Source: Eutreptiella sp. 'Long Island Sound 2002' (lineage: Eukaryota > Protista > Euglenida). From it: DNA of 64,000 nucleotides. The stretch covers positions 18,352,001 through 18,416,000 of the forward strand of contig OZ038379.1 of NCBI GenBank assembly GCA_964036045.1. Reading direction: 5' to 3'. Numbering within the stretch: position 1 is the first letter of the stretch; each line of letters begins with the position of its first letter. The position numbers and the translations under genes were made by a program. Shown one piece after another: positions 10,300 through 23,600 of the stretch. The notes below the pieces were generated by a model. It was not told the origin of the DNA. It was given only the letters and a program-made list of their open reading frames with translations, and made no database searches.

Positions 10300-11990
10300 T
10301 TCGTTTTATCTTGTGGCATGCAAGGGGACTTCCTCGGTGATGTGAGGCATGCCATTTGCAAAAGAAGCTGGTACAGCATCTTGTAGCCCCATTTGAGATC
10401 AAGGAAGCTATGGCCGGCGTAGCTTGGATGACCCAGCAAAAGCCAAGAACACTTCTTTATTGCTCATGGGCATGAGTTTTTGTCACTGGGGGAGAAGGAA
10501 TCCCTGCAACAATTAAGGATAGAGAGATTGCTATTTTTTTTGGCCCGTGAACAGCATGGTCATGTTCCTGATAAAGCTACCATGCTTGAGCATATCATTG
10601 CACGCTATCAAATAATGAAAGAGGATTCCCCTGCCATCCTATGGCTACTAGCCTTGATGCATGTCTTAAGTGGATGAAATGCTGCCCCCCATTCTTCTTT
10701 TTCTGCCAATGTGTTCATTATTTGTCTTTCAATTGGGATGAGGAAGGGCATTGGAATTTTGCACGTCCACAAGCCACCTCCTGGTGCTAGAAAGTCCCAA
10801 GCAAACTTGTAAATAGTCTTGCATTTGCACCCCCAGAATAGCACGAAATCCAACTTGTTGCACAATGTGCTCCATGTGTTCTTCATTTTTGTTGGAGGGC
10901 TTCTCTTGCATGCATACCAGTTTTCTTGTGTGCAAAGCCATTCGGCAGCGCAAAAGAAAAATTGCCAAACTTTAGCAAGCCAACTACACAACAGGTAATG
11001 GTGCGAGCATGTACATCTCTATGCAAAATGGAGCATGTACATCTCTATGCAAAATGCATCTCGTGGTACCCACACAATTTCTGGGTTTGGGGTTTAAGTG
11101 CCATCCATTGAGAATAATGTTTCTTTCCCAAGTGTGCACTTGCTTTGCATGGTTTGTAGTGTGCCAGTTTTTCCGCATCCACCCGCAGTTGTACCGTATG
11201 GTTGCATTTGTAAGAGGGTCAGGGAAAAGTTGGAAATTAGAAAAAGGAGTGTGGGCATAGAGTGGTAATTTGTAGATGATATCGGACTCTGTATCCCCTG
11301 ATTTAGACTGCATATAGGGATTGGAGTTCCGTCTACAATCTCATAAGACAGTTGTTTGAGCTGGCATGGTAGCAGGGGGGGGGATTGAGGTCCGCAATTT
11401 TTTCGCAATTTTCCGCAATTTTCCGCAATTTTTCCACGATTGCTTTTGGCCTGTCCACTTTCCGTGCTTGTTGGTGCCCTTTGCCTTTGTGCAGAACAAT
11501 ATGCTTCAATGTTATCCTGCCCCCCCCCCCAAAAGAGTGAATTATGGTTCAATTTCATGGTGATATTGAGGGCCGCTTGTCGTCGTAATTCTGATACTCG
11601 TGAACGATTTGATCTGTTCCAACATTCTGAGGCTCCTGTGCAGAATTGTTACTCCTTGAGGCTTCGGGAGGTTCAGTTTGGTTTGGTTACAACACCGCAA
11701 TTTCCCCCCAATTTTCTGCAATTTTCCCGCAATTTTTTGCAATTGGATTGGACCCTCCCTGACCGCAATCCCCCCCCCCCCCCCCGCATGGTAGGTCCCC
11801 TTTGCAAGGGTGTCTTTAGGATACCTCTCTAGAACCTTGTACCATTGCCCGCAAATCAAAACTTGTTGATGGGATGTGGTGAGAGGGGCTCATGGCAATG
11901 GTGAAGGCAAACGAAAGAAGCCAACATTCAAATGTTGATGCTAGATGCTTGGCTGCTCTAGAATGTTCAATCCAATTATTGGTGGTGGGC
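10300..11990 (-). mobile_element. Highly degenerate LINE-like RT remnant(s), interrupted by the 11373-11786 MITE
   Basis: Scattered minus-strand peptides resemble RT motifs: QQVGFR, WQGNPLSLF, VDGTPIPICSLNQGIQSPIS. Many stops and frameshifts. Confidence 0.35.
11373..11786. mobile_element. hAT-type MITE with 8-bp TSD
   Basis: TSD CATGGTAG at 11365-11372 and 11787-11794. TIRs CAG(G)nATTGAGGTC and GACCGCAAT(C)nG. Internal CCGCAATTTT subterminal repeats. Confidence 0.8.
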
Positions 11991-12354
11991 GATCACACAT
12001 TGCCTTAGGAACTGGGAATGCGGGCACATTTGAAAGCCACAATTTTTCTTCTCAGGTTTGACGGCGAATAATGAGTCTTTGCTGCATGTGTTGTGCTTGT
12101 GCAAGCATTCATGGGTATTGGTGGAGCACATGCATGAGACATGGAAGCGTCTAGGAAGATGTGAAATACCTGTTGTGCATCTAGTACTGCAACAAGTTTG
12201 TGCGCCTAAACAAGCCCATCTTTGCGCGACATGCGCAAAGTGTGGGGTGTAGTGCAGTGTAGTGTGCATTTTGCTTTGGATTATCTTCGATGGTCGTCCA
12301 TGAACGCTGCACTTTCCCCCCCCGGTAGGTCCATGCATTGATTGTGTTTCTGGA

Positions 12355-13800
12355 ATGGAGAAAGTTGGTGAGAAAGCTAACCAACCGGGCACTCCGAGAA
12401 CCCCTGGAACGTTGGGACGGCGTATGACACCCCAATATGCCGGGAGAACCATCAGCATGCCCGCCATGAAGGACGAGGCCCGTGCCAAGATGCAGAGCTC
12501 ACCTTCATCACCGCAAGAACCTCCCCACGATGCTAAGAAGTGTGGCCGCATCCACAAGATCATGTCACAAAAGTGGGCGGAAACGGGGCCCAGGGGGCCC
12601 AAGGGTCATACGCCGAAACCCGAATGGATGCCCATGGAGGTGGCTACATGGGTAAAGACCTGCTTTGCAGAGCACTACGGGGACAAGGCGGACGCTGTCA
12701 GCGAACAGGTACACAATGTCATAGATGTGAAAAATTGCTCTGCTACGTCCCTCCACGTATATTTTGATGGCTTGTAAGGCGTGTCTGGATTTGTCAGGCG
12801 CTGGAAAGACTGGACTGGGTTGCATAGTTTACAGATCACCACAAGGTCAAAGTCTTTGAGCTAAATGTAAAATATGTTCCCCAGCTTGGATAGGCAGGAA
12901 GGACTGACAGCCCTGACGCAATGCCATGAACGGGGCTAAGGGATTGTCATTTGCTGTGAACCGTGTGGATAACAAGCTAGACAAATTGGGTACCAGTTAC
13001 ACACATACTGACCAATCTTACTTTTACAGATGTCCTAAATTTCTGCAGGTTCGAGGTCAATGAAAATGACATTTTCACCGCAGGTTGCAGGCAAAAACGC
13101 GGTGTGGCCATTGGAGGAACCTACAGTGCACACGTGGCCGCCGCAACGCCATGGAACGCTGAACACAAGGGCTGTCATGCGACCACCCGCCAGGTAACCG
13201 ACACCACAGGACGGCACCCAGGCTCACCCACTACCAGTCCACCCGTTCACATATGTGGGTAGTTTGGCCAGTGTCAAACCCCAATCCACACCATTAACAG
13301 CCACTCTTAAAAATTTTCAGCACGTCTGTGACCTGAAAGACAAGAAGACACGGCAAGACCAAGGGTGAAAACACCGGTTACCCAATTATAGAATACACAG
13401 AACATTAATGATCCAAAACATGTACAAGCAACCCTAATCTCCACATTAAGTAACCAGAATGTCGGTTTCTTGAGCCGACCGCACAATGTGCTAGGCAAAC
13501 AATGCGATACATTATTGAAAAACCCAAATTGACATCCACATCAATGTCAAAATATGATCTGCGCTGCCATGCAGCGCAAAGGTTGAACCCCAGGACTGGT
13601 GGCAACCACTACTCTGGCACGAGCTCTCCCCATGGGGGGCACCACCAGAGGTATTGAATGGAGTTCCTTGACTTCATTCAGTTTTGGCTAGCTTTGCTTT
13701 TTTTGTGGTTCGGAGGACATTTACGACCTTGGAAGCCCCTCTGGGACTTCTTTTTCATGCATCTTTGTATGGCAAGTAAACCTGAACTGGAACTGAGGGG
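12355..13800 (+). mobile_element. Degenerate Penelope-like reverse transcriptase element
   Basis: Motifs occur in the correct order across frameshifts: VFELNV/NMFPSLDRQEGLTAL (motif A, about 12850-12930), NDIFTAGCRQKRGVAIGGTYSAHVA (motif B, about 13065-13140), PVHPFTYVGSL (eroded motif C, about 13235-13265) and CRFLE (about 13460). Confidence 0.6.
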
Positions 13801-13879
13801 CACGGGCCCTCGCCGACCCCGAAGTGCTTTCTCTACAAGTTGATGCATTGTGCTTGTGGCCAGGGCCGACAGGTACCAC

Positions 13880-14115
13880 AACATTTAAACCACCCTGGCC
13901 CCTCCTTGTAATCCCCCCCCCTTTGCAATCCCCCCCCCCCCCCTGGGGATCGTCACTTAGCCCAAAAGGCATAGAAAATAGAAAAAAAGGGAAATTTTTA
14001 GCAAGGCACCGAAGGCGCCGAAGCTGATTTACACTGTGATATTATAGTACGGTTTTGCGGTGCAACCGGCCTGACATTCGGGCGGGGATTACAAAGGGGG
14101 GGGGGGGTAAAGGTC
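13880..14115. mobile_element. Small MITE-like element
   Basis: (C)nTTTG(T/C)AATCCCC at about 13905-13935 is inverted relative to GGGGATTACAAA(G)n at 14084-14107. The internal GCACCGAAGGCGCCG motif is shared with about 54416. No clear TSD. Confidence 0.5.
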
Positions 14116-14684
14116 TTGAGGGTAAAAATTCTCTCAACTGACACTCAGAACTCCCCAGTGTTACACTCACAGGCTGATTTCTCCGTCCTGTGCTTTTGTT
14201 GCACTGCACTTCCTTTGCAAAACTTGTCAGGATATTGGCGTGGCAGGTGACCCCCAACCGAGTCTTCTGGACAGCTCCAGTGTTCATTGAGGATTTGGGT
14301 GTAGGTCAATGGGAGTGATGGTGGGTGCCCTACAGTAGCAGCCGACCAATGCTCCCCCTCCTCTTTCCTCTGCCCCCAATTTCCTGGCTCACCACCAAAG
14401 GCCCTAGCCCCAAGCCTGGTAGCACTGCAACGGCGCGAAGATGTTTTGCATGGCACAATTACAGCATTGAGACCAGGGGAACAACACGTGAAATATCCAC
14501 GTCATGTACTCTCGCCACGTTTTACCCCAGACTCTACCACTACCCATGCACTTGGGCTGTCAAGTTGTCGCGTCCGCGCCCTGTGCTATTGGTGGACAGG
14601 ATGCGGCGCAAGATGTTGGGAGGGTGGGGTGGCAATAGAATGATTTTTACATCCCCCTCTTCCTCCGAACCGCCCTTGCCGCAG

Positions 14685-17600
14685 GTTTGTGCGAACTTCC
14701 AATCGAATTACATCGACAGCACGGTAGTGCCCCGCCTGGTGCTCTCTGACTGGCAGACCTTGGTCCCCTTGATTGGCCCGAGGATTGTGTTGATGGAGGT
14801 GTGCGCTTTTGGGAATGATCGTGTTGTGAGTGTGCCTGCCGCAGATGTGTAGGGGTGTGTTGGGTGGAAGCGGGTGGGCGACTGAAACACAGGGAAGTTA
14901 CTGGGTCCCTACGACACACAGAGACACAGGGAGGGTACTAGGGCTCTACTACTCATTGAGACCCAGAGAATGTATCGGGGTCCTGCCACACGGAGACACA
15001 GAGAGGTATTGGGCCCCTGCCGCTGGGGTCCTTCCACACACCGAGACACAGGAAGGGTGCTGGGGCTCCTGCCACACACTCAGACAAGGAATGCACCGGG
15101 TCCCCTGGAGAGTAAGGCTGTGAATGCTTTTGTTGCTTGGCACAGCATTGTCCGGTGGCGGTAGGGGGAGGGAAGGGCTCCGCTGCAGTGCTGAGCTTCG
15201 TGCTGAATTACACTCGCATTCACCTACCATGCACGGTATCTCCAACTTGAGCGTCCTGTGCGACGAGGAGGAGAACGTCATACCCTCACAAAAGGAATTC
15301 TGTGTGGATGGCGCTGCACCCTGCACTCTGTGGGCGGCGTCAACGCAAGCTGTAGTGCAATGAACAATTCTCTGGCACCTCGTTCCACTGGAGACTTTGT
15401 CCTGTTTGACCACTGCGCAGGGAAAGTGATTTGTTGGCGATGTGATCGGTCCGGGCCAGCCCGATGCTGGAGTGTGGTGTTTTCTCTAGGCGCATGGTTG
15501 CCCCAAATCTGTACCAAATCTTGTGGGGCTATACAAGACAATCGGCCCCTTAAAGACCCTGTATCGCGTGCCCCATTTGCACTGCGTTGTGGGTGGGTAG
15601 CCCAATGCTGGGCATCATACATACCTTCCCCTTTCTGGCCCTCGCAGCCATGTCGAGGGAGCGGTCATGCCACGCCCCCAAGGGCCACTGCGTCCCAGGT
15701 GCTGCAAACCCCTCCCCATGCACAGGATGCCAAGAAGCGAACAATCCCCGTTGGTACGAAGAGCGCCGCTGGGTATGAAGAGTCAAGCCAAGTGGAGTCT
15801 CCAATAAATCCCCCCGATGTTGAGACGAGTATGCCCTGCCATTGCATTTCTTGTTCATGCTGTGTGTTGCGTGATTTCATGGGAGGTGCAGGTGTGCAGG
15901 ATGTGCAGGGGTGCAGGTGCATTTCCCGGGAGTGGCCGGACGCGGCGTTCCTCACAGGACGCGCAAAGGGGCTCCAAAAAGCACGAGACACGACGCGTTC
16001 CACTGTGGCCTTACCACTGCGGCCCCCACCGGCCCCAAAAAGTAGTTGCACTGCGTCCTGTGCCCCCCCAAAGATGACCGGGATCATCGGTCATTCTCTG
16101 TTTTCGTGTGATGTGGCGTGTGGGTGCATCATGGATCGGGGCGCGGAGACGGAACAGCAGCGGGTGTGTGCAACCCCTGGGCGCGAGGGTACAGGGGAAC
16201 ATCAACCCCCCCCCCCCCCATCGATCGCTGTCCGCAGAGTGCAGCCGTGTATGTTGTAATTCGTGTAATTTTTTTTTTGCGGTAAATGCGTGTAACAAAA
16301 AAATCGTCTAGTCGTGTAATTTTTTTTTTGCGGTAAGTCATGTAAGCCTGTCACACGCATTACCGCAAAAAACAAATTACACGATTAGACAATTTTTTTG
16401 TACACGCGTTTACCGCAAAAAAAAAAATCACACGACATGACGATTTCTTTTGTTACATGCATTTACCGCAAAAAAAGATTACTCGACTTACCGCAAAAAA
16501 AAAAATTACACGATGTGACGATTTTTCCCTACACGCGTTTACCGCAAAAACAAAAAAATTACACGACCTTACCGCAAAGAAACAATTACCAATTTTACTG
16601 AAAATGCATGCCTGTAGGCAATGTGCCCACCTGTGGGCCGCTTCTGATTTTTTCCCCGCGCTTGGCGTTGGGGACCCCCGAGAATGCAGGGGTGACGCAG
16701 CACTTCCGCCCTCTTCTGGGCCCCCGAGAAGGCAGGGTTAGCCACTTCTGATTTTATCTCCCTTTGCAGGGCGGTCCTTAAGGACCCAGATTTTTTTTTT
16801 GTTAAGGTTAGGTCAGGGGCTCGCAATCCACGCTTTGTTGCGTGGCCCCTTGAGTTGGGGTTAGGGACTCTCAATCCACGCTTTGTTGTGTGGCCCCTCG
16901 AGTTGGGGTTAGGGACTCTCAATCCACGCTTTGTTGTGTGGCCCCTCGAGTTGGGGTTAGGGACTCACAATCCACGCTTTGTTGCGTGGCCCCTCGAGTT
17001 GGGGTTAGGGACTCACAATCCACGCTTTGTTGCGTGGCCCCTCGAGTTGGGGTTAGGGGCTCACAATCCACGCTTTGTTGCGTGGCCCCTCGAGTTGGGA
17101 TTAGGGACTCACAATCCACGCTTTGTTGCGTGGCCCCTCGAGTTGGGCATGTGCATGTATTGCAAAGGTTGCATTTCTTTCAATTTTTCAATTTTTTTAT
17201 AATTTACACGACTTACCGCAAAAAAAAATTACACGCCCCTACCGCAAAAAAAAATTCAATTTTTTTTTATGATTTACATGACTTACCGCAAAAAAAGATT
17301 ACACGCATTTACCGCAAAAAAAATTACACTACTAGACGATTTTTTTTGTACACGACTTACATTTTTCACAGTGGAGCCGTCCACAGCCCTTTGGCATCGC
17401 CGTGGCACGGCACATCTGATGTGCACAGTGTCTACAAACTATGCAAAATGTCCGCAAACTATGCACAGTGTCTACGGATTATGCTTGGGTAAACGACATC
17501 AGCGGACCGTTTTTTTTTTGGGAAGGGGGCGTTCGGCCTCCTTCCCAAATGTTGTCTCTTCGCGTCTACAACATGTGCACAGTGTCTACCATTTGCAGGC

Positions 17601-20600
17601 CGCGTCTACTTGTGGTGCACAGTGTCTATGGACTATCCCCAGGCAAACGTGTATGTGCAGAGTGTCGACAAACTATGCAAAGTTTCTACAACCTAAGCAC
17701 GGTGTCTACAGACTATAGGTATACGCGTATATGTATGTGTGTATACATGTATACGCGTAGACGTACACATCTGATTTTTTGAGGATTTTATTGTTCGCTG
17801 GACATGGTGGGCTGTTTGCGCAACAGGAGCGGGAGCCCATCAGGGGCAGACCAGCCGTGAGGGGGAAAAGGACATATGGTGGATGGCGGAGACAGCGCGT
17901 GGCGAAACAGGGCACCTGGGCCTCACGCACACAGAAACACAGCGAGGCAGGCTACGGACGGCCTGTGGACAGAGGCGCGTGGACAGCAAAAACAGTCAAA
18001 CAACCCCCACAACAACCAGCACATCCTCAATACGCCAATTTTTGGGCGCCGCTGACGCGCAAACGGCACACCATGCCACATTCAGCACAGCCCCAACACG
18101 CCAACTACTGGGCTCTGCGAATGCGGAAACGACACCGGCAAGAGCACCGGCCGCAGCGGCCGACAGAAAGCAGCAACCCGACGCAACATACGAAGGGAAG
18201 AACGGGTGACTGTCCAGGGCCCCGTAAAGGAGCAACAACCAGACGGAATGTCACACAGGGGGGCGGTGGGGTACATGGACAGTGCCAAGTGCGGGCCCGT
18301 GGGCGGGAGGGGCCACCGGCTACGCGATGATCTGAAGCGAGTCCTGTGCATTTCACCCGCCCCATCGCATCGCCCGCCGCCAGTCATCTGCCCCCGCTCT
18401 TCTGCACCGCAGAATTGGACGTGGGGAAGGTGCTGGCCTCCGTCAAGAGCGCCCTGGCGGGGCCGGAGTTCCAAAGCCCCAAGGGCCCGGACTGCAGCCC
18501 CCCGGCAGGGCCCAGCATCAAGGCCCAGGCCTCGTGCCCGGACCTGCGGAACGCTGCGGTGCGCCGCAGCTCCGATTCCGTGGTCCTCCGCCCTGTCCGG
18601 TCACAGGCCGTGATGAAGCGGCAGAAGGTGTGCCTCGCAGGGCTGCCCCCGGGCGAAGGGGTGACCCAGGCCTCGCTTGAAAGAGATAGAGGCCACAGGG
18701 GAGCGCGTGCGAAACCGGTTGGCCACGGTTGGGAAAGCGGTTGGGGAGCAGGAGGCGGCGGTTACAAGACCGTTGCACCCGCAGTTGGCGTTGGAAGGAT
18801 ACGTTTGGAGGGGAACCGACGGTCACTGTTGGGGGGTGCGGACGACCAGGACGCCACGAGGAGGGATGGAGCAATTGGGCCTCACGCACACGGAAACGCG
18901 GCCAGGCATGTGGTGGACGACCTGGATGCGGAGGGGAGTGGGCAGCAAAACCCGTAAGACGACCCCCGCACAACCAGCACAACCCAGTTGCGGCCCCCCA
19001 ACCGCCGCCAGTCACCGCTCAACTGACGACCGCCGACCTGCAACCACCGGCATCATTTCCGGATGGTCTGATCGCCCCAAGTCCTCGGAGGCCTTGACTG
19101 TCGCCGTCCTGTGCCCGCCTTTGCTGGGGGGATGGGGGGACGGAATGCCATTTCGCTAGCTCCAGCTTCGTTTCCCGTGATGCGGGGCCTCGGTCCTTTG
19201 GCGTGGGCGCAGGCCGAATGTCGGCAGCACGATGACCATCAGGCACTGCGTGCTCTTGGGTGCAGTTTCGTTGTCGTTCTCGTTATCTGGAGGCTCTTGA
19301 GCTGGACCCTTCGAGCACAGCCCCCTCCAAAATGAACAAGTAGACAATTCCCTCCTAAAACTCAACCAGTGAGGACACCCGGAAGTACCAAACGGCACAT
19401 TTACTTCACCCCCCCCCCCCGCCCCCCCGGCAACATATCAGACCGTCATGGGGCACCTCTCCCCTGCGTCAGTTCCTCAAACTGCCATCCAAGTCTTCTG
19501 CAACCGTCAGCATTTACCCCCCAACCGCATTTACCCCCAAACCGCGTCTCCAACTGCCAGTTACTCTGTGCCCCTCCATCGCCCCCAAGTGCCCGGAAGG
19601 CGGCACACCTGACCGTGATGCCCGTTGTTGGGCTTCGAGCCTCCCTATCTCTCCCCCATGTACCAAAAGGTTTGTGGCTGAGGTAAGGGCCCAAACCGGT
19701 CGCGATCCCCTTCACCGCCACCCGCTTGTTAACACGCTCTCTGCCTACGGAGCCTGCCATGCATTTCCCTTCTGTGTCTCAGCCCGCCGGTGCTCTATCT
19801 CCGAACGCATCCCACGTCGCCAATGACGTCAAGCCGATATCGGCCGATGGGATCACCCTGCACGAGAAGTGCGCCGAGGTGCTGTAGCCTGTGCTCTGGC
19901 TCCGCCATTGCCCTTGCCCCATTCTTTCCGCTGTGCTTTGCTTGCGTTGTGCTCGCTCTGCCCCTCGCCCCTCACACACGGTGCGCCCAGGGAGCGCACC
20001 GTTTGCGTGTATTACGTGTTTGTCTACCTCCCGCTCCGCCCCTCCCTCCCGCTTAATGGCTCCCATGGCCGAAGTCGGAGCCCACCGCGCACCAAGTGTG
20101 CCACGACGCCGAGCTGGCCAATGCACCCCGCATAACCTGATCATAGACCCAGGGATGCGCTTGAAGGTGGGGGGCTCCCCCTTCAGGATGCGGTCGGTCC
20201 CGTTCCAACTGCTTTTATCTGCTGCGACCTGCCTTCCAGCCGTTGTGTAATCGCCAGCACTTGCCCCACAACCGCTTTTTCAACCCTCAGAAACCGCGTT
20301 TGCAGCCGCTCTGAAAATCACTCCGGCCTCCCTCTCCCTCAAGCGCATCTACGTCATCGACCCCAGTGCAAGTGTTCGTTCCCCTTCCTCAGTTGAGAGG
20401 CCCCCAATTGCATTTGGCCTGTTTCCCCCGAGGTTGCTCCTGCCTGGACTGGGGCCCGTGGCAGCCGCGCACTGAGCGGGGGCCGCATGTATCATTCTTC
20501 CGGGGGACATGTGGCGATGTGGAGGGCAATGTCGTACTTTGGGTTCTGGCCTTGGGCTCCCACGACCCGACGCCAATGGACAACAGAAAGGGTGGTGCCG

Positions 20601-23600
20601 GTGGGACCGGTGTGCGGGTGCCGCCAGATCCTTCGTCCTCCAACAGACCACAGGAAGTGCGGGGCTGCCTCAGGGCGGGGCAGGGGGGGTTCGGTGGGTA
20701 AAGGGGTCAGAGGGGCGGTTTCCGGCGGCTCAAGCCCCATCCCCCAAACGCAGACAGGAGGAGACATGTGTCGCTGCGGGTTTTTATTGCCGCTGTGTCG
20801 AACTTGCGGGGCATTGATGGAAGCGTTCCGGGCCCCACCCGCAGCACACCGCGCTGCTGCCTGTGGCTCTAGCTATGCTCGTCGCCCCTGACGGACGGCA
20901 TGCTCCCTGAGCTCATCGTCTGCGTGTGTTATGTCTTCGTCAGCAGTGTTTTTTTCCCCTGGAAACTCACATTGCGAGGGTGTCCGGGAACCGGGACCTT
21001 CGCTTTGCCTCGCTACCGCTGGAGTGCCCCGATGGCCGAATTTGGAGTCCACAGCGCACCGGATGTCCCACAAAGCCGAAGCCTGCTTTACTTTGCACAC
21101 ACAAATGCTCAAAGGCTACAGGTCGCGCGCGTTTCTGCGGCCGAGAGAGGCGCGGACGTCACGTTGTTGAACCAATAAAGGCACACGAAACGTGCCGCGC
21201 GCGCCATGGCCGCTTGAGATGCACTGGTGGATGACGCGCGCAACGCTGTGCTCGGTCCCAAACTCGAAAGGCAGTCGTTCATCGTTTGCTCCGTTTGTGT
21301 ACCCCCCTCCGTTCCGTAAAGACGCTTCGTCAACCTGCCCCGATTTGGTCCACCCGTTTGGGTGGGCGGGCTTTCAACTGAGGGGGTCAATACAGCCCTC
21401 TGGCGAACCCCCCGGCCCCGGAGGTGACCCAGACCCAATATTCGGCAAAAAATGAAACTGGTATTTTTGGAATCAGCGCCGAGGGGGTTTCAGAACAATC
21501 ATCGTTTGCCATGTATTTGTATTTGCCATGGACCATTTTGAATGCTCAAAAAAATTTCCGCCCCAGATTTAATAATAACTGATCAATGGTCCTGTCAATT
21601 GAGCCCTTTTCCCGAACCCCCCAGTTTTGGGGGCCTCTATTGACCCCCCCCCCCCCCCCGCCTCAGTTGAAAACCGGATTTCTCTTTCCTCTTGTCGGGC
21701 CTGTTCTCCCTCACCGCCACCCACACGCCCGCGCGTTGCGCATCGTGGCATGTGTCGTCTGCACAGCGCAACAGCAACGCCCCCAGTGAGGACGTGTCGC
21801 TGGCCTCCACGCCTTCCATCCGATTTGCCAAGCCCCCATCGCCCAAGGAGAGCACCAACCGCGGGGCCGATCCTCCGCTGACCTCTACAAACTCCAACTG
21901 CACCGTATCCAATCAGCCGACAGAGAAAGAAGGCACGCCACGCGAGGTGACCAGCCCGCCCATCGCTCTCCTCTTCCCGAGCCCCAACCCCAAACCCTAC
22001 CCTTTTTGCCTGGGGTATAGCCCCGTGCCATAGCGCCCGTGCAGCCGCAGAGCGCAGGGGTATCAGGGCATACCTCATGTTTATGCGGCACAGGGCCATC
22101 GGGGGGCGTGCCCAGCGACAACCCTTCGTGGCCCTACTTCGATGTCGCTTCACACACCGGAGGCTTCAGGCGTGCACTCTGGACGCAGCACCAGCGCTGT
22201 GCGTACGGAGGACGGCGCGTGTCACACCGCATCGCGCACTCTGCACTCTGCACACGGCGCACTGCGCTCCGCACACGGTGCACCGCGCCTCCTGCCGCCT
22301 GCCTTCAGGGCACTCTGCCCATTTCACTGTGGGTGCGGCACACTGCACGCTGCAAGGTTAGGGTTAGGTGCCCTCTGAACAACGCACGCGGGGCGCTGCA
22401 TATTGCGCTGCGCGCACCGCATCCGTCGTTGTCCCAGCGGCATACTGTCCACTGCATTGCGCATTGCGCAGTCTGCACTTCAGAGCATTTGGGGCTTTTC
22501 TGCGGGCAAACAGAGTCGAATGTTTTCTCATGGTCCACAAACACCATTTGTGGGTGGATCTTTGGTGGTCGGGTATGTTTTTGGACAAGTCCGTGGTCAC
22601 CCGTTTCGAAACCGTTTTCTTCAGTCCCAGGTGGGGCCTGGTCCAAGGCCTGTTGGATTCGGGCCGGACAAAGACGGGCATTGAGTGGATGCGTCTGGCC
22701 TGTAATGCTGATCTCATCACCAGGTGCCCCAGGGTGGTCCCGAAGCACCGCTGCAAACGGTTTGTTTTCTTACCGCTGGGTATCCCCACGTGACCCTACC
22801 CCAGGGCATGCAAAAGCGGGCAGAACGTGTGCCACCAGAGCCGAGATTTTACTTTTGTTGCCTCGCACGTGCTGCTGCTGCTGCACCCCACGGCCTGGAA
22901 GCGGACAGAGAGCCTTATTTACGTAGGGCCTCACCCCACCTCATCATGCAGCACCTGCACCGGGTGGGGCTGGTGGCTGCCATGGATGAAGAAGGGGCCT
23001 TGCCCATCCGGACGCCCTGGGGAGTACCATGTACTCCATCAACGCCCGGAAGGACCACCATCACCCCATACGGCGGCCTAAGGCAGCGTAGCTTGAAGTC
23101 CGGCTTCAAGACTGCCACCCCCTCAGTGCCTTTGTCCTGGTCGATAGGGGGCAGGGCGTGGGTGCAGCTCAATGCACAGCCCCCGCCCCGTTTCTGCCGT
23201 GCCATTTGCCTTCGCCCCCAAGTTCGCTTGCTTCTCGCACAGCGCTTTCCAACGGGCAGCGAATCGCCTAAACGCCCCCTCAGCCGTCCTGGGTCTTTCC
23301 GGTTCCCTGTGGGCAAACCCGCCTCACCGAAGAATCTGGCCAAACTCGAGGTGTGCAAGTGCCCTGCGGTGCTCTCATTGTGTCTGGGTGGCCCCACGCA
23401 ATTGAAACAGGACTGAACAACCGACGAATGCCCTCCGTGATCGCGGTGAAATACCACCAACTGTGGTCCGTTCACCGCCAACCATCAACTCGGGTCCCTG
23501 AGCCATGAAAGTGGTGTGGCTCCGCAATAGGACTCGGCACACAGGGCCCGCGGACAAGGAGTGCGCATTGGACCAACACGCCGCATGTGCTTTTGTTGCG

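Noticed and set aside
12500-12700. HMG-box or SAM-like peptide (IHKIMSQKWAE, WMPMEVATW)
   Set aside because: The resemblance is short, and the segment is better explained as the N-terminal part of the adjacent RT element.
16806-17147. Telomere-derived array
   Set aside because: There is only one TTAGGG per 48-bp unit, and the related units at about 33830 have GGGGTGAT at that position, so the hexamer may be incidental.
22915-23481. Minus-strand RPPYG motif suggesting a polysaccharide deacetylase
   Set aside because: No other NodB motifs are present, and the ORF overlaps a well-formed plus-strand exon (23243-23350).
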